From: Eledone cirrhosa | Lineage: Eukaryota | DNA: 64,000 bases | NCBI GenBank assembly: GCA_964016885.1 | Contig: OZ024746.1 | Span: forward strand, 25,916,001-25,980,000 | Direction: 5' to 3' | In this document: positions 49,590 through 63,233 of the stretch, one piece after another | Numbering within the stretch: the stretch's first letter is position 1 | Layout of the letters: each line of letters opens with the position of its first letter | Notes under the pieces: generated by a model | What the model was told of the DNA's origin: nothing | The model's input: the letters and a program-made list of their open reading frames with translations, nothing else | The model's database searches: none | Translations under genes and position numbers: made by a program

Positions 49590-50532
49590 ACATTAAATAT
49601 AATCTTTATTACTGGGAGGAAATACTAAAAGTTAATTCCTCAAAATCTGAAAGAATACATTGAAAAGAGAAACACTGTGTTGCAAAAATGGTTTTATTGA
49701 TGAAATGAATGTCTTTTGTTTAAATTTACCATATTTTGTTTGGCAGGGATTTTCTATGTTTCAGACATTAGAATGTGGTGTGTCTTTTGTTTTGTTTTTC
49801 ACATTGGAATTTGCGTTGCCAAATTTGTTCAATTTCTATGGTCAATGAAGATAATCTCCCACTTACCCCTAAAAAAAAAACCCCAACAACAGTTTTTATT
49901 TCATTTCAATAACATTTTTTGGTGACAACTTTTTTGGAGTTGCCAAGTAAAAATATTCTTAAAACAAAATTTAGTTTTCCCTTCTCATCGCTATGATTGA
50001 TATTGATCTTCAGATGTTAATACTGTGAATATAATGGTGTTGGGGATGTGAATTGTAATAGACTCAACCAAGGTGGGGGTGGGTGGGCGAGTTTTATTAA
50101 TCTCAACCAAGATGAATAATAATGAGAAATAATACTCTTTTTGGTTAAAAAAAAAAGGTTAGTCTGAAAATGAAAATATATATTCATGATTCATATGGAA
50201 AAATAAATCTAAATATGTTTCCGTGGATGTTGTAAACTAACAGAGATAAAATGGTATTTCAAAATAATCTTTTAGTACATTATTATTTTTTAGTTATTTT
50301 TACCATTTGAATTTCTTTGGACATAAAACATTGTCACCAAACATATAAAGTGTAGTTCTTTCTGTCCCAGATTAAATTCAAACTAAACATTACTCTGGTT
50401 TCCATGACAGCAGATGAGAGACAATGATGCTGGTAGAACAGTTAACAAGTATCTCCTTCCTTACTGAATGTAGAAACTGCTTTAGTATTGGTGGATTGTT
50501 TTTATTTAATTATTTAATTATTTAACACTAGA
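49590..50532 (-). other. Probable TPST 3'UTR with candidate poly(A) signals
   Basis: AT-rich ~0.9 kb after the stop, with no recognisable TE. AATAAA on the minus strand at 50501-50506 and 49605-49610; the latter is followed by a U/GU-rich stretch. Confidence 0.45.
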
Positions 50533-50887
50533 TCATGTCATGTGACTAGATGTGTTCCTCCAATGGTTGTCTGTTCTGCTGAGAGCTTTGTGAAAACTTT
50601 GAGTTCGATTAAAACTGGAACCTTTGGCAGGGGTATCTTTAATGATTATGTCAACTTTTTTCTTCCAAAATTCTCTGTTCTTCTGTATATTTTGAGTATT
50701 TTCTGCTACCATTGCATCGGGCTTTCCATAATTAGGTGGATTAGCTTTAGGATCATATCCAAGAACAGCCAGCATTGGAGCGATTTCAGGCATACCTTCA
50801 ACAACATCCTTTGGCATTTTACCAACCCATTTTGACAAAGCTTCTAGATTTACAGGTTGAATTACTTGGTCTGTTGAACGTTCAGTC
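50533..50887 (-). CDS. TPST: Tyrosylprotein sulfotransferase, last coding exon
   Basis: Acceptor ttttgtataatttTAG|G at 50888/50887. The phase-2 join AA+G gives [23 protein letters not shown]...[23 protein letters not shown], the conserved TPST C-terminal block. TGA at 50533-50535. Spliced CDS from 53643 is 1182 nt (393 aa). Confidence 0.9.
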
Positions 50888-52816
50888 CTAAAATTATACA
50901 AAAAATGAAAATTGTGAATGATTTGGTTAGAGAAATAAAGAATATAATTTATAAAATGCCATAGAGGAGGCAACTTATCTAGGAGAGCAGAATAAAAAAC
51001 TGATACAAAGTAGAGATGACAGATAACCTCTAGTGCTAGTGGCTTGATAAAATGCAACCAGTATACTCTGTAAAGTGGTTGGTGATAGGAAAGGGTATCA
51101 GCTGTAGAAACCATGCCAAAATCAGAATCTATGTGATACATGGCCCCTGGCCCATCGGGGAGGAAAGTAATTTCAATTAAGTACTGACATGGTCTTTGAT
51201 GACCTGTTGAACCCATGCCAGCATGGAAAAATGGATGTTAAATGGTGGTGATGATGACAAGCAAACATATGGCAATATTTGACTGAGATACTGTATCAAT
51301 AAATCAGTTGAAGTTGTTTGAATAGCATACTTACTATATTGTGTAAGTAGCTGAGTATTTCACAGACACATACACCATAATTCTGCCTGAAGGGTATATG
51401 TTGTACTAATGTGGTTATGATAATCCAGTGAAGTTGTTTAAAGTTCACTTACCATACATCCATAACATCATACTTGTCATCCATTTTAACCCCTTCCCTC
51501 AAAACACAGCTGCTTTCAGACAAGGCATCCTCTCCCTACATAGGCTAGAAAGGCTTTTCAGTCAAGCCAATGACCAACAAACTCCCTAGTCCTAGTGCCA
51601 CAATAAAATGCACCCAATACACTGTGTAGAGTGGTTGGTGATAGGAAGGACACCCATTTGAGTTTTTCAATGTGATTCGGCTGTAAATCTGTGTATATTA
51701 TGTTTATTTTAAATTAATAATTGTTTCTACTTTTGGCACAAGGCCAGCAATTATCCCAGTGTATTACTGGTACTTTATTTTATTGACCCCATAAGGATGA
51801 AAGGTAAAGATAACCTCAGCGGGATTTGAACTCAGATCATAAAGGGCCATGACTCTTTGCTACAAAGCATGGCGTCCGACCCTCTACCGATACTGCCAAT
51901 CCACCACCCTCTAAATTAATAATGACACCGAGATTTATACATTTTGTGTTGCCTTTTTGTTATATTATCTTCTGATATCATATTTATATTTTTCATCATG
52001 GATTCATTTCACTTAATTCTTAATACATTTGGATATTTTCTTTATTCTTATTTTGGTTTTTAGGTTATGGAATAGGAACTAGGCTTCTTGTATTTTTTGT
52101 CTTATAATCGTTTTACTCTTTTTTCTTTAATAGGTCAGTATTTTAATTAATCGTATGTTTTACATAAGTGTATGTATATCATGTTTATTTAAAACCTGGG
52201 CTCCCGATGAGTGACATCACGTCATCTTGGGGGATTGTGTGAGGGCTTAATTAGGGTTAAGGGTAAATGGGAGAGGGTGGAGCAAGGCCTATTACGTAAT
52301 GGGGTTGTCACTGCTGCAGATAATAATGGATATTGTTTAATGTTTATTCTTATACAGAAACTGTAAGCTTGAAAAAGCGCCCAGTCCACAGTGTAAAGTA
52401 ATTGCAGAGGTGTCACAACAAAAAGTGGCCAGTCAATGCTGTAAGGTTGTTATTTTGGTCATCTGATCTGACTTGTCTCACAATGGGAAAAATGGATGTT
52501 AAATTATTATGATGATCTGTCCCATAGTAAACACAATATAAACATTTGAATTAAACCACATTAGCAAAGTATTCTTAAAGAACTACATCTTTAATGCTTC
52601 AAATCTTCACAAAGATCTATCCACTAGTAAAGATATAAAAATTTTAATTAATTTAAAAATATTTTCTGCTAAATCATTTTTACAACAATATGTCCAGTAG
52701 TATACTATAATTATTTAAATCTGAATACTTGTTTTTAGACATTCTCTGCTGAATCATTACAGAATATAAAGTGTTAACAGATTGTAGTAATGAGGAAGTA
52801 ATATTTTTGTACTTAC
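50888..52816 (-). other. TPST GT-AG intron (phase 2)
   Basis: GTAAGT donor and TAG acceptor restore the reading frame at the conserved SK/xERS junction. Confidence 0.9.
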
Positions 52817-53643
52817 TTTGAAATAGATATACCACCAGGTTTTCCAATATATTCTTCATGATGTAAAACTTTGCTGTCCCATTCTAAATCAAGGAATTCC
52901 AGAATTTTACGCATCCAGATTTCTGGTTGCAAAACTAATTTTTCATAATAGACTGGCATACACCTACTGGAACCAGCTTGAATACACTGTGAGTACATAG
53001 CTTCCATGGCTTGGTTCCACTTCTTTAAACATTTACTATAGCTGGTTAAATCAAAGCCGGTTATTGTGACTTTGCGTGTAATTATAGAGTGTACAACAGC
53101 CCTGCCATCACGTATCAACAGCAGGAAACGTGCATTTGGAAACAACTGCTTAAGATAAAGACCTGATTTTAATGTGAAGGGATCCTTGTTGCACAAACGA
53201 GGTGCAGCTTCACCATGTTTAGCAATAACTTCTAAAATGAAAGCAGATATGGCTGAATCAACAACATCAGATGTCATACCTGCTTCCATTAGTCTCTTTT
53301 TCTCAACAGCTGATTTTTCCCACTGAAACCTCATGGCAAGAATACGGGGGATCACTCGCGTCTCCTCCCCACACCGTACTAGAGGATGGGCGTCTAACAT
53401 TGCACGCATTAGGGTTGTACCACTTCGAGGCATTCCGCCAATGAAAATAAGTGGCATATCTTTGTTATAGGGAATGGCTCGATTTTTTTCATCGTAAATG
53501 TATCGTATTGGGTCACTTGGAACCATGTAAACTTTGGGACCTCCGACACATGAGAACGTCTGGTATGATAAATAGATGCAGATTACGATGAATGTAGCAC
53601 CAACAAATAACCGCTTTCGGATGCTACCTTTTCTTCCATGCAT
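52817..53643 (-). CDS. TPST: Tyrosylprotein sulfotransferase, main coding exon (type II Golgi membrane protein)
   Basis: Translation shows a basic N-tail, a TM helix ([16 protein letters not shown]), the 5'-PSB motif [28 protein letters not shown] with the catalytic Glu, CNKDPF, and the 3'-PB motif RDGRAVVHS. The exon ends at AA|GTAAGT (donor at 52816). In-frame ATGs lie at 53679, 53652 and 53643; the true start is uncertain. Confidence 0.95.
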
Positions 53644-53907
53644 ACTGATCATTGTGTGTAAGTATAGTCTACTCCACATGGGAAACTTGGTCAAACTTTA
53701 TAATATAACTGTTCTGAATGTTTGCAAGCTTTGTAAGCATTAGGTACATCTATATACGTATACATATATACATGTATGTGTGTATTGAACAATATAAGTG
53801 TGTGTGTGTATGAATAAAGTTAAGTGTTTGTCAGAAAGAGGAAATTAATTCTTTGTTGAATGAATGTATCTGACAGACCCATGGAGTAGCAGACATCATA
53901 GAAGAAA
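53644..53907 (-). other. Probable 5'UTR part of the TPST main exon
   Basis: Strong acceptor tttctaatttcttgtgtttctgtttcatttCAG ends at 53908. The upstream non-coding exon and promoter were not identified. Confidence 0.55.
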
Positions 53908-55074
53908 CTGAAATGAAACAGAAACACAAGAAATTAGAAAATCTTTCAACTTTAATATAAATATTCATATTGACATAATGCACCAAAATATTTACATTAT
54001 ATATATATATATGCACACACATTCTTACATGTTATATATATATCCTGTCCAACCCAAACAAACAGAACAGCGAACATAAAAGACTGATGACCTCTCTCTA
54101 TATATATATATATATACACATGAAATGTAGTGAAATCAGTTGTAATTGTTTCTATCACCTTTAGATAAGTTGTAACATCTGTCAGAAGTGAATACGTCAC
54201 TTCTGACATTTCAAATTTTTTATGGTTTATTGTAAAAATTATCAATTACTGCCTACACACAAACACGTGTGTGTATGTATACACATACCACTTACATATA
54301 TACCACACTTTTACCAACCAATCACCTACCTGTCTCAATGTCCTTTGCTACCTATATATACCACAGTACTAACTCCACCACCATATATCATAGTCTCCCT
54401 TGCTACCTACCTATATATCATGTCTAGTCCATTGACAACATTACTTGTAGCCATGTTTCTACACATAGATCCCCATAAAAAATATATTTGATGCTTTCTC
54501 TTGTTTAGCAAGGGAGGTAATAGAGTTTTTTGGCCTTCCCTTTTCTCCCCTCACCCTTTTTTTCCTTACTTATCTTTAACTCTTTTCACTCCAAACTATC
54601 TGAAACTACCCCTGGTTCTACGATTAAAAAAAACAACTATTTATTTCAGAGTTTTTATATTTTGCTAAACATTTTCCATCATAATTTCATGTAAGAGCCT
54701 TTGTTCATTTATGTTCCAAACACTAAATAATTCTATCAATCAACTGCCTTGGGCTGGTATTTTATTTTATCAACCCACCTGAAAGACAGAATTGATGGGA
54801 TTTGAACTAAGAGTGTAGAAAGCCAGAACAAATACCACAAGGCATTTAGTCCTACACTCTAAGGATTCTGCCACTTCACTGGATCTGATATGTTGAAACT
54901 AAAACAACTACGTCATGGTAGAGTCAGGATTGCAATGTACAATATACACATATATAATATATTCATGGTGAAATGGCAGCTTTATTTGAATGTAATCTCT
55001 CTCATCATCATCACCGTTTAACATCCATTTTCCATGCTAGCATGGGTTATCTATATACTTCATATAGAAATTTA

Positions 55075-55570
55075 TTTCTAAGTGTGATAGCCAGGATTAG
55101 AACAGGTTGGAAGAAGTTTAGCAAACTGATACTTCTGTAAACAGAGGGCTTCTCTCACAGAGTGCAGGGTAGATTGTATCATGCCTTCATGCAAACTGCA
55201 ATGCTACATGGCATTTGAAACATGAGCATTGATTGCAGAAGACGTGTGAAGTCTGGAAAGAAATGAAACAAGTATGCTCCGATGAATGTGTAATGTTAGG
55301 CTATGTTGTTCCTGTACACTAAGTGAAATGAGAGAAAAACTTGGCATAAGAGAAATGGATGTTGCGTGCAAGAAAGAAGACTAGACTGGTATGGACATGC
55401 AATGCATATGGAAGATAGCAGCTGCATAAAGAAATATAGAGAAATCTCTGAAGCTGGAACCCATGGAACAAGGTAATGAAGAACGACCATAAGAAACTAA
55501 TCCTCACAACTGAAATGACAAAGTATCAAGAGGGCTGGTGTTATGCTCTGATGATGAAGACCCATCCACA
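55075..55570 (+). pseudogene. Old degraded RTE ORF fragment in the TPST upstream intron or region (similar fragments 24720-24950, 43280-43530)
   Basis: Decayed ARIRTGWKKF..., AMLHG and RRRLDWYGHAMHMED matching the subfamily A/B C-terminus. Confidence 0.75.
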
Positions 55571-58500
55571 AGTGTAAAATATAATATGACCTGACCCATC
55601 CGTGCACTCCTCTTCAACTACTGGCACTCCCCAGCAGCTATTCTCACCACCACTCATGCCCTTAGATACTTTTCCACCCTAGTAGCTACTTTCTTTACTC
55701 CTTATGCATCCCACTACTACCTATCTCTTCATCACTGCTGCCTCCACACTCCATCGAGACCGCCCCCCCCCCCCCAAACTACATCCCCATCATTCTGAGT
55801 TTCATATACATACTCATACACACTATCATTAATATCATTTAACATGTTTTTCCTGCCAGCAACGTTTGGACAGGTCATCACAGACCAAGACAATAATTAA
55901 TTGGAGACGGGGACCTGCTTCTCACATATATTCTCCAAACTCATCATGTATTATAGTAACATTAAGAAGAAAATATTTAGTTGTGTTAAAATAGTTTAGT
56001 CTAGTGAGGTAAAGGATTTTAATCAATTAAACCCATACTTAGAAGAAACATTAACTTAATGATTAATTCTGGTCAATAACAACAAGGGAAACAACTCTGG
56101 AATTCAAATAAAAAATGAAATAAATGCATGCAATGAGTCAGCTTGACCTTTGGCAAACAAGGGGAGACAACTCTAGACATGTTTTAGTACTATTAGATCC
56201 CCTCAGCAAAGAATAGTCTTTATCAGAACTGCCAGATGTTAGATGACAGAAAGCTATAAATATTTTGAGTGAATTAAGCACTGATAGGTGTGATACTGCA
56301 CTGCTGACACTGGTTCTATTATAAATTATTAGGAAACTTTATTTTCTTCTTCTGGCTTGTGTTGAAAGTACAAAGGGTTGAAGATTTCATTGAATTTAAG
56401 ACTACTCAAACCAAAAGAACAGTTTTATTCATTTATTTTTGTAAGAACAACAAAATATTTGAAAAACAAAGATGGAAGAAGGTAAATACCAATCTATTGT
56501 ACGACTCATTGATTTGTTTTGACATAATAACCAATATCTAAAGTGAACTTGTTAAAGCAATAAAATGAAAATTTCTTACTTGATTAAACCTTTTGATATC
56601 AATCCACCTGAGACACCCACTCCTGGTTCTATGATACAACACTATTTTAAAGTGTTTATATTTATCTAAAAACTTTCCATCATAAGAACCTTTGTTAAAT
56701 TAAACACCATCTGGTAACAAACTGTCTGAAGCCAACCCTAGTTCTATGATACTAAGTTGTATATTTTAACTCTTAATATCCTAATTTAGCAGAAAATATC
56801 TAAACATGGGGTTTTTAATTCAAATCTTTATAGCATCTTTCAGAACTACAAAACTACACCTGATGTCCCCCTTCCATACACATGCACACATGTGTATATC
56901 ATGACTCATGCACTGTTCATTCTCCTGACGTTTGTACATTACCATATGTACTATACATACACTTTTGATGAGTTGTAGTGCACCTGAGCACTGTACACAA
57001 TATTTTCATTATTATTATTATCATTATTATCTATTCTACTTTATCATTGTGAAAGTTTGCAATATGAAAGTAAACACTAATTTTTAATGTGATACAGTCA
57101 TTCATAATACTGTTATGTACTTTTCAAGAATATATTAATACATTAATAGTTAAAGTGTATCTATTTATCTAAAATCCTCCCATAATTCCACACAGGCAGC
57201 TTTGTTAAGTTATGTTCCAAATACACAATAATTTTCATTATTATTATTATTATACCAACTTTAATAATGAGAAAGTTACTAAAACCCGTCAACTCTTGAT
57301 TATTTTCAAAATTACTTAAAAACCTTAGGCAGTGTCTTTCATTAACAAAAGGATTAATGGAAAGAAAAGTTTCTCATACACATTTGTTTATTGATAGAAT
57401 GATATATATAGTAAAGACCAGAGTCTCATTATTGCTGTCAGAAATAAGTTGATAGGGAGTCAACTTCAATGTTGACATCTTTTCTTGTCTCTTAGAATAT
57501 TTTATTGAAATCATTACCAAAGAATGAACTCTTCCTGTCAATAGACTTTCAGTAAAATCTCTTGTCTTGAGGAAGCCATATGTGACATCAGAACTAAATT
57601 GTTGATGAGAATGATTTATATGGTGGTTGATTTCTCACCCATGTATAGCTATGAATATATATTGAGAAATATAAACTAATCTGCTAGATATTTAACCCCT
57701 TCATACCAAACCACTTGAAACTACTCCCGTTTCTATGATATAAAGCTGGTTATTTTAAAATGTTATATTTATTTTTTTAAATCTCCCATTGCAGTATTGT
57801 CTAAGAACCTTTATTAAGTTATGGTCCAAATACCTACTTGATAATGAGAAAGTTATATGACTAAATCCCTCCAAATTCTTGATTATTTTCAAAATGATTT
57901 GAAAATGTTAGGTAGTGTCTTTCATTAAAAATATAATAACAGAAGTGTTAAAGTGCTTGACACAATAACAACAAATATTTTAAGACCATTTCCCCTGCTA
58001 AGCAAGGTTAGACTTGCAGGCCACATACCAATCATACAGTTCCTTTTGAAACAATATTTTATGGATGGATGTCCTTCTTGGCACAAACAGGTAGCATTAG
58101 GAAGGGCATCCAGCTATACAAACCTTGCTAAAATATGGAACATACGAACAAGTTGTGGTTTTCTGATCAGTCTAGTTCTGGACCATAATGATTTGTCCAA
58201 CCCATGCTAACATAGAAAATGGATGTAAAATGATGATGATGATTAGAGATGGAAGGGCAGTTCTCATGACCATTTTAAGGGACCTCTGAAATTGTGTGAA
58301 AGAAGAATGAAGGTATTCTTACACTAGAGACCTGATTGAAAGGCTTGCAACAGGGTGGACTCTGCTAAAGATAGTTAAGAGAACAACAGTTTACATCTAC
58401 CACCCAGGAAGACCACAATGGGATTTGAACTTAATATGTAAAGAGCTGGAACAAATACTGCAAGGCATGTTATCTGATACATTAACAGTTCTGCCCATCC

Positions 58501-59217
58501 ATTGTCCTGTTAGTGGGATTTGATACAAAGAGCCAGAACAAATACCACAAGGCATGTTGTCCCACACTTTAATTACTCTGCCAACTCTTAGTGTCCTGTA
58601 CCACATGAAACCGCATTAGCAAGACATTCTTAAAAAATACAAAACAACACTATAATTGCACCACATTAAAAATCAAAATGTTTTGTTTACTGTAAATTTC
58701 CACAACAATCTGTCCACTTGTAAAGACGCTATAAACATTTGAATTATCAAACCTGTTTTTAGGTATTTTCTGCTAAATCATTACAGGATGTTAAGAGATA
58801 AAACTGCAAACTTTCACAATCTATCCATCAGTGAAGATACTATAAGCATTTGAGTTAACAAACCTGTTTTTAGATATTTTATGCAAATTCATTACAGGAA
58901 GTTGAGGGGTAAATTGGAACTGGGTGTGTTTATGATGGAGGTTAGAATAGTTATCACTGCAGGAAGTTAAGGGCACAGATTTCTAGTCAACATCTTGATG
59001 AACGACATAAAATATAGAAATATATGCAATAGATCAACTAAATTATTCTTTAATTTATTTTGCTTTACTTAGGCCATTCTCTAGCATTACCTTGAAAGGA
59101 TTTAAACAAAACCCAATACTTATTTTTTCATGTCTGCTACTTAGTTGTTCAACACAAATAGTTTGCTCAAATAAGTTACAGGGCATAAATAAATAAAAAT
59201 CGATCTGAATGCAAAAA

Positions 59218-59288
<71 letters not shown>

Positions 59289-60892
59289 TTAACATCAACC
59301 TCATCACTGTTTAATGTCTATTTTCCATGCTTGCATTAGTTAGACTGATTACGTTATGAGGCTAGCCAGGTCATGTGACCATATCTTGCTCATACAAATC
59401 TGTTTTGGGTTGGGTCTCTACAGCTGGATGCTCTTCTTACTGCCAAATTCCACTCACATGGCATTGGTCAAATTGAGGCTATAGAAGACACCAAAGGTGC
59501 CACATAGAGGGACTGAACCGAAAACCATGTGGTTGTACAGCAAGTTCCTTAACTGCACAGTCTATCAATACAGCACACAAGCATCAATCAGTTAATAGTT
59601 CTATAACCAATAGTCTAAAACAGTAACAGTATCTGTTGTATCAATGATCAAAGATGTGAACTAAATTTAACAGATTTACAGCAACAAAATGTAAAAAAAA
59701 TATTAAATAAAATAATAGAGATCATAGTTTTTGGCTTTGAGGTATGACAAAATTATAAAGTTTCTTGAATTCTTCTAATTCAAATGTAATGACTATGAAA
59801 AGCTGAAGAGGTGTTTTTCTAAATATAATCTATGGGAAAATAATGACAGAATACAGATGAAGACCTGTAAATCAATCAGGATTATTGTTTTTATTTATAA
59901 ACAAAAACTATGTTAGTGTTAATATTACATTAATTCTCTGAGTTCATATTCATTATGCATTGTTAACAATACTATCTTTGTTTTAAGGAAATTCTGAAGA
60001 AAAGATTCATTGAATGATGTGGAAATCATTTGTTTGAAAAACTAATAATGGTTGTTTATTAAGTTGTTACAAAGGAAAACACATAAGAATTTGTTTAAGA
60101 CTCCCTACAGCACTTCCATATTCTGGAAGGTCTTGAAATCAACATAAAACATTATGAAAACATTACTGATAAACTAATGAATATAAATAATGGCAAAAAT
60201 GGTTATTTTTATATCGTTGCATGCAAATTTTCTTTTTAAAGAAATTCTTTGCAATTGAATTTAAGATGAATACTTAGACATTCAAATGAGGAAGGAAACT
60301 TCTGAAAAATCCATGACAACGAAAAATTATTTTATAGAGATACAAGCATGGCTGGGTGTTTAAAGTGCTCACTTTACAATCATGTGGCCTGGAATTCTAT
60401 CTTACTGTGTGGAACCTTGGCAGATGGAAAGTGTAAGGAAGCCTATCATGTGTATGTATATATATATTATATAAGAGATAAAGTTTCATGTTCAATGATG
60501 AATAGAAATATTCTTAAATATTGAAACGTCATTCTCTTTTACATAATGTAAACACCCTCCTGATACCATGTGAAGAATTGCTGCGTTAAAGTAGTAGCAT
60601 TGAGTGTGCATACTGGTGTCACCTACAGTAATTAACAAACATTACTAAATAACTGAATCAACAGAATTGCAAATATCCTACCTTACTTGAAAGACAAGTG
60701 TGGATTGACATCTGATTATAGAATTCTGCCTAAAGAAAAGTTTCCTGCAACCCATACTATCATGGACAAACTGACATAAATCAATGATAGTGGTGATGAT
60801 GGTGGTGAAGTAGAAATGTAACTAACAAATGAGACACCGCCACCACACAAAATTATTACATATGTAATTTAAAGTTGTTTTACAAGATAGTA

Positions 60893-61600
60893 GTGAAGGC
60901 TTAGTGGTTAGGGTGTTTGGCTCATTATCTAAACATGATGAGTTCAATTCCTGGTGGCACATTGTGTCCTTGAGGGAACACTTTATTTCATATTGCTCTA
61001 GTCTTTTTAAGCAGAAAAAAAATGAGTTGTGCCTGCAAGTTAATACACTGAATCTCCCTGAGAACTATATTACGAGTACATGTGTCAGTGGAATGCTAAG
61101 CCATTATGTTATATTACAAGATGCACAGTACTTTTAATTTGAAGATGTTGCTATTTTCACACATTGACATGTTGAATCTCCCTTAGAACTACGTTAAGGG
61201 TACACATATCTATGGAATACCAAGCCACTTGCAGATTAATTTCACAAGCAGGCTGCACTGTTAATCAAACAACTGGAACACTGATTGTTAGAACTAACAG
61301 AGGTCCAACAAATGGGTTGGGTTTATGGGATACTCAGCCACTTGCATCCTAATTTCACAAGCAGGCTATTCAGTTGATTAATAACTGGAACACATTGTTA
61401 AAACTAACAAAGGTTCAATACATGTATTTACGGAATGCTCAACCTCTTGCATGTTAATTTCATGAGCAAACTACACAGTTGATTGAATGACTGGAACCAT
61501 GACCATTAGAACAGAGGTTCAACACATGGGTCTATGGAATACTCAGCCACCTGCATCCTAATTTCATAAGCAGGCTGTTCAGTTGATCAAACAACTAGAA
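60893..61600 (+). mobile_element. tRNA-head SINE with a tandemly amplified ~110-120-bp tail module
   Basis: Head GGCTTAGTGGTTAGGG..GAGTTCAATTCC, then 4-5 diverged copies of TATGGAATACTCAGCCACTTGCA..TAATTTCA.AAGCAGGCT. A single copy of the module lies at 32950-33060. Confidence 0.65.
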
Positions 61601-62474
61601 ATACAATAATTGTAGGCCCCACCATTTGAATCTCCTTGTAGATATTGATTAAAAACGAGTTGTCGGAAACTTCTCTAATCCCCTACCCTGTTACAAGCCA
61701 ACTCGAGTTTAATTTTATTACAGAGTTACATCCTGTAAATTAGTAGCTACAATTTCCTCCTCCATCCTAGTATAGTTTCTATTTGTTAACAATCATTAAT
61801 CCATGATATTTATTCACTCAGTTTTAACTGTTCTCTGCAGCTATTTACCACAAAAGTAGTTTTATATTTACAAACTGGTTTTATAAATAAAAAGGACTAT
61901 GATAAATATTCTATTATGTTTCTATAAAAAAACAGTTCAGGCTATGAAGTCTATTCAACTGTAACATTTAATTTTCATACAGCATTGCAATGTTAAATTT
62001 AAATATTTGTTCTTAATACTGGAAAATAATTAAGACTTAATAGCCCTACCTTTATTGACAATCAATATTCAGATGAGCTCTATTTGATCAGTAATGTATT
62101 GGAAATAATACTAGTTCATAATTGGCTATAGTTTAAATTCTTTTATTAGTTTCAATCATAAGACTGTGACCACGCTGGAGCACCACCTTGAAACGATTTA
62201 GTCAGTCATATTGGCTCCAGTAATTATTTTTTTCAAGTTTTAGTTACTACTTCAATCACTTTTTCTTGACCGGCTAAGTTATGGAACACAGGCACAAATG
62301 TAATCACATGCATGCACAGCGCCATGTATGTATGTATGTATGTAAGTATGCATAAAAAAATGTCAATGGGATGGAAAAGATTCTCTATCTAGTGCAAAAG
62401 AACTAATCTATTATGATTCATACCCGTAACATGTACTGTGCAATACATGTTACATATATGCATCATAATATATA

Positions 62475-62568
62475 CAAGGTGTCCCAAAAATGTATACACA
62501 CTTGATTACCTGTACAGGCAATATTCATTAGAATGCTGTTAAAGTGTGTATACATTTTGGGGGACACC

Positions 62569-62571
<3 letters not shown>
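62475..62571. mobile_element. Tc1/mariner-type MITE (97 bp)
   Basis: ~29-bp TIRs CAAGGTGTCCCAAAAATGTATACACACTT and AAGTGTGTATACATTTTGGGGGACACCCTG, flanked by TA. Confidence 0.85.
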
Positions 62572-62604
<33 letters not shown>

Positions 62605-63112
62605 CTTAATGATGCAATGCACCACTAGGAATTGAAGCCCTAATCATCTTACAATCATGAGTTTAACACAATAACCACACACATCATCATCATCATCATC
62701 ATCACTGTTTAACATCTTATATTCCATCCTTGCATGGGTCAGATGAGTCATCCTCGTTATGAGGCAAATCTGGCCAGTTGGGTGCACTGAACCTTGCTCA
62801 AATGGAACTGCATTTTGGCTGGGGTTTTTTTTTTTACAGCTGGGTGCCCTTCCTAACACCAACCACTTTTACAGTGTGGTACTGGGCAGTCCCATTGTGG
62901 AGGGTCTGGCCATGCCATACCTTGCTTAAACGGAACTGTATTTTGGCCATTTTTTTTACAGTTGGATGCCCTTCCTAACACCAACCACACTTACAATATA
63001 TGTATATATATATATATATAATGTGTGTGTGTGTACTCTAGTTTTCACTCTTGAATTTCTAATTTACATTGTACCTGCTTTCCTAAAACAATCCTAACCA
63101 CATATTTCACAC

Positions 63113-63233
<121 letters not shown>

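Noticed and set aside
50888-51216. N-terminal half of the 227-aa ORF as TPST coding sequence
   Set aside because: It lies upstream of the splice acceptor and consists of a retro-tail fragment plus the polypyrimidine tract; TPST similarity starts at 50887.
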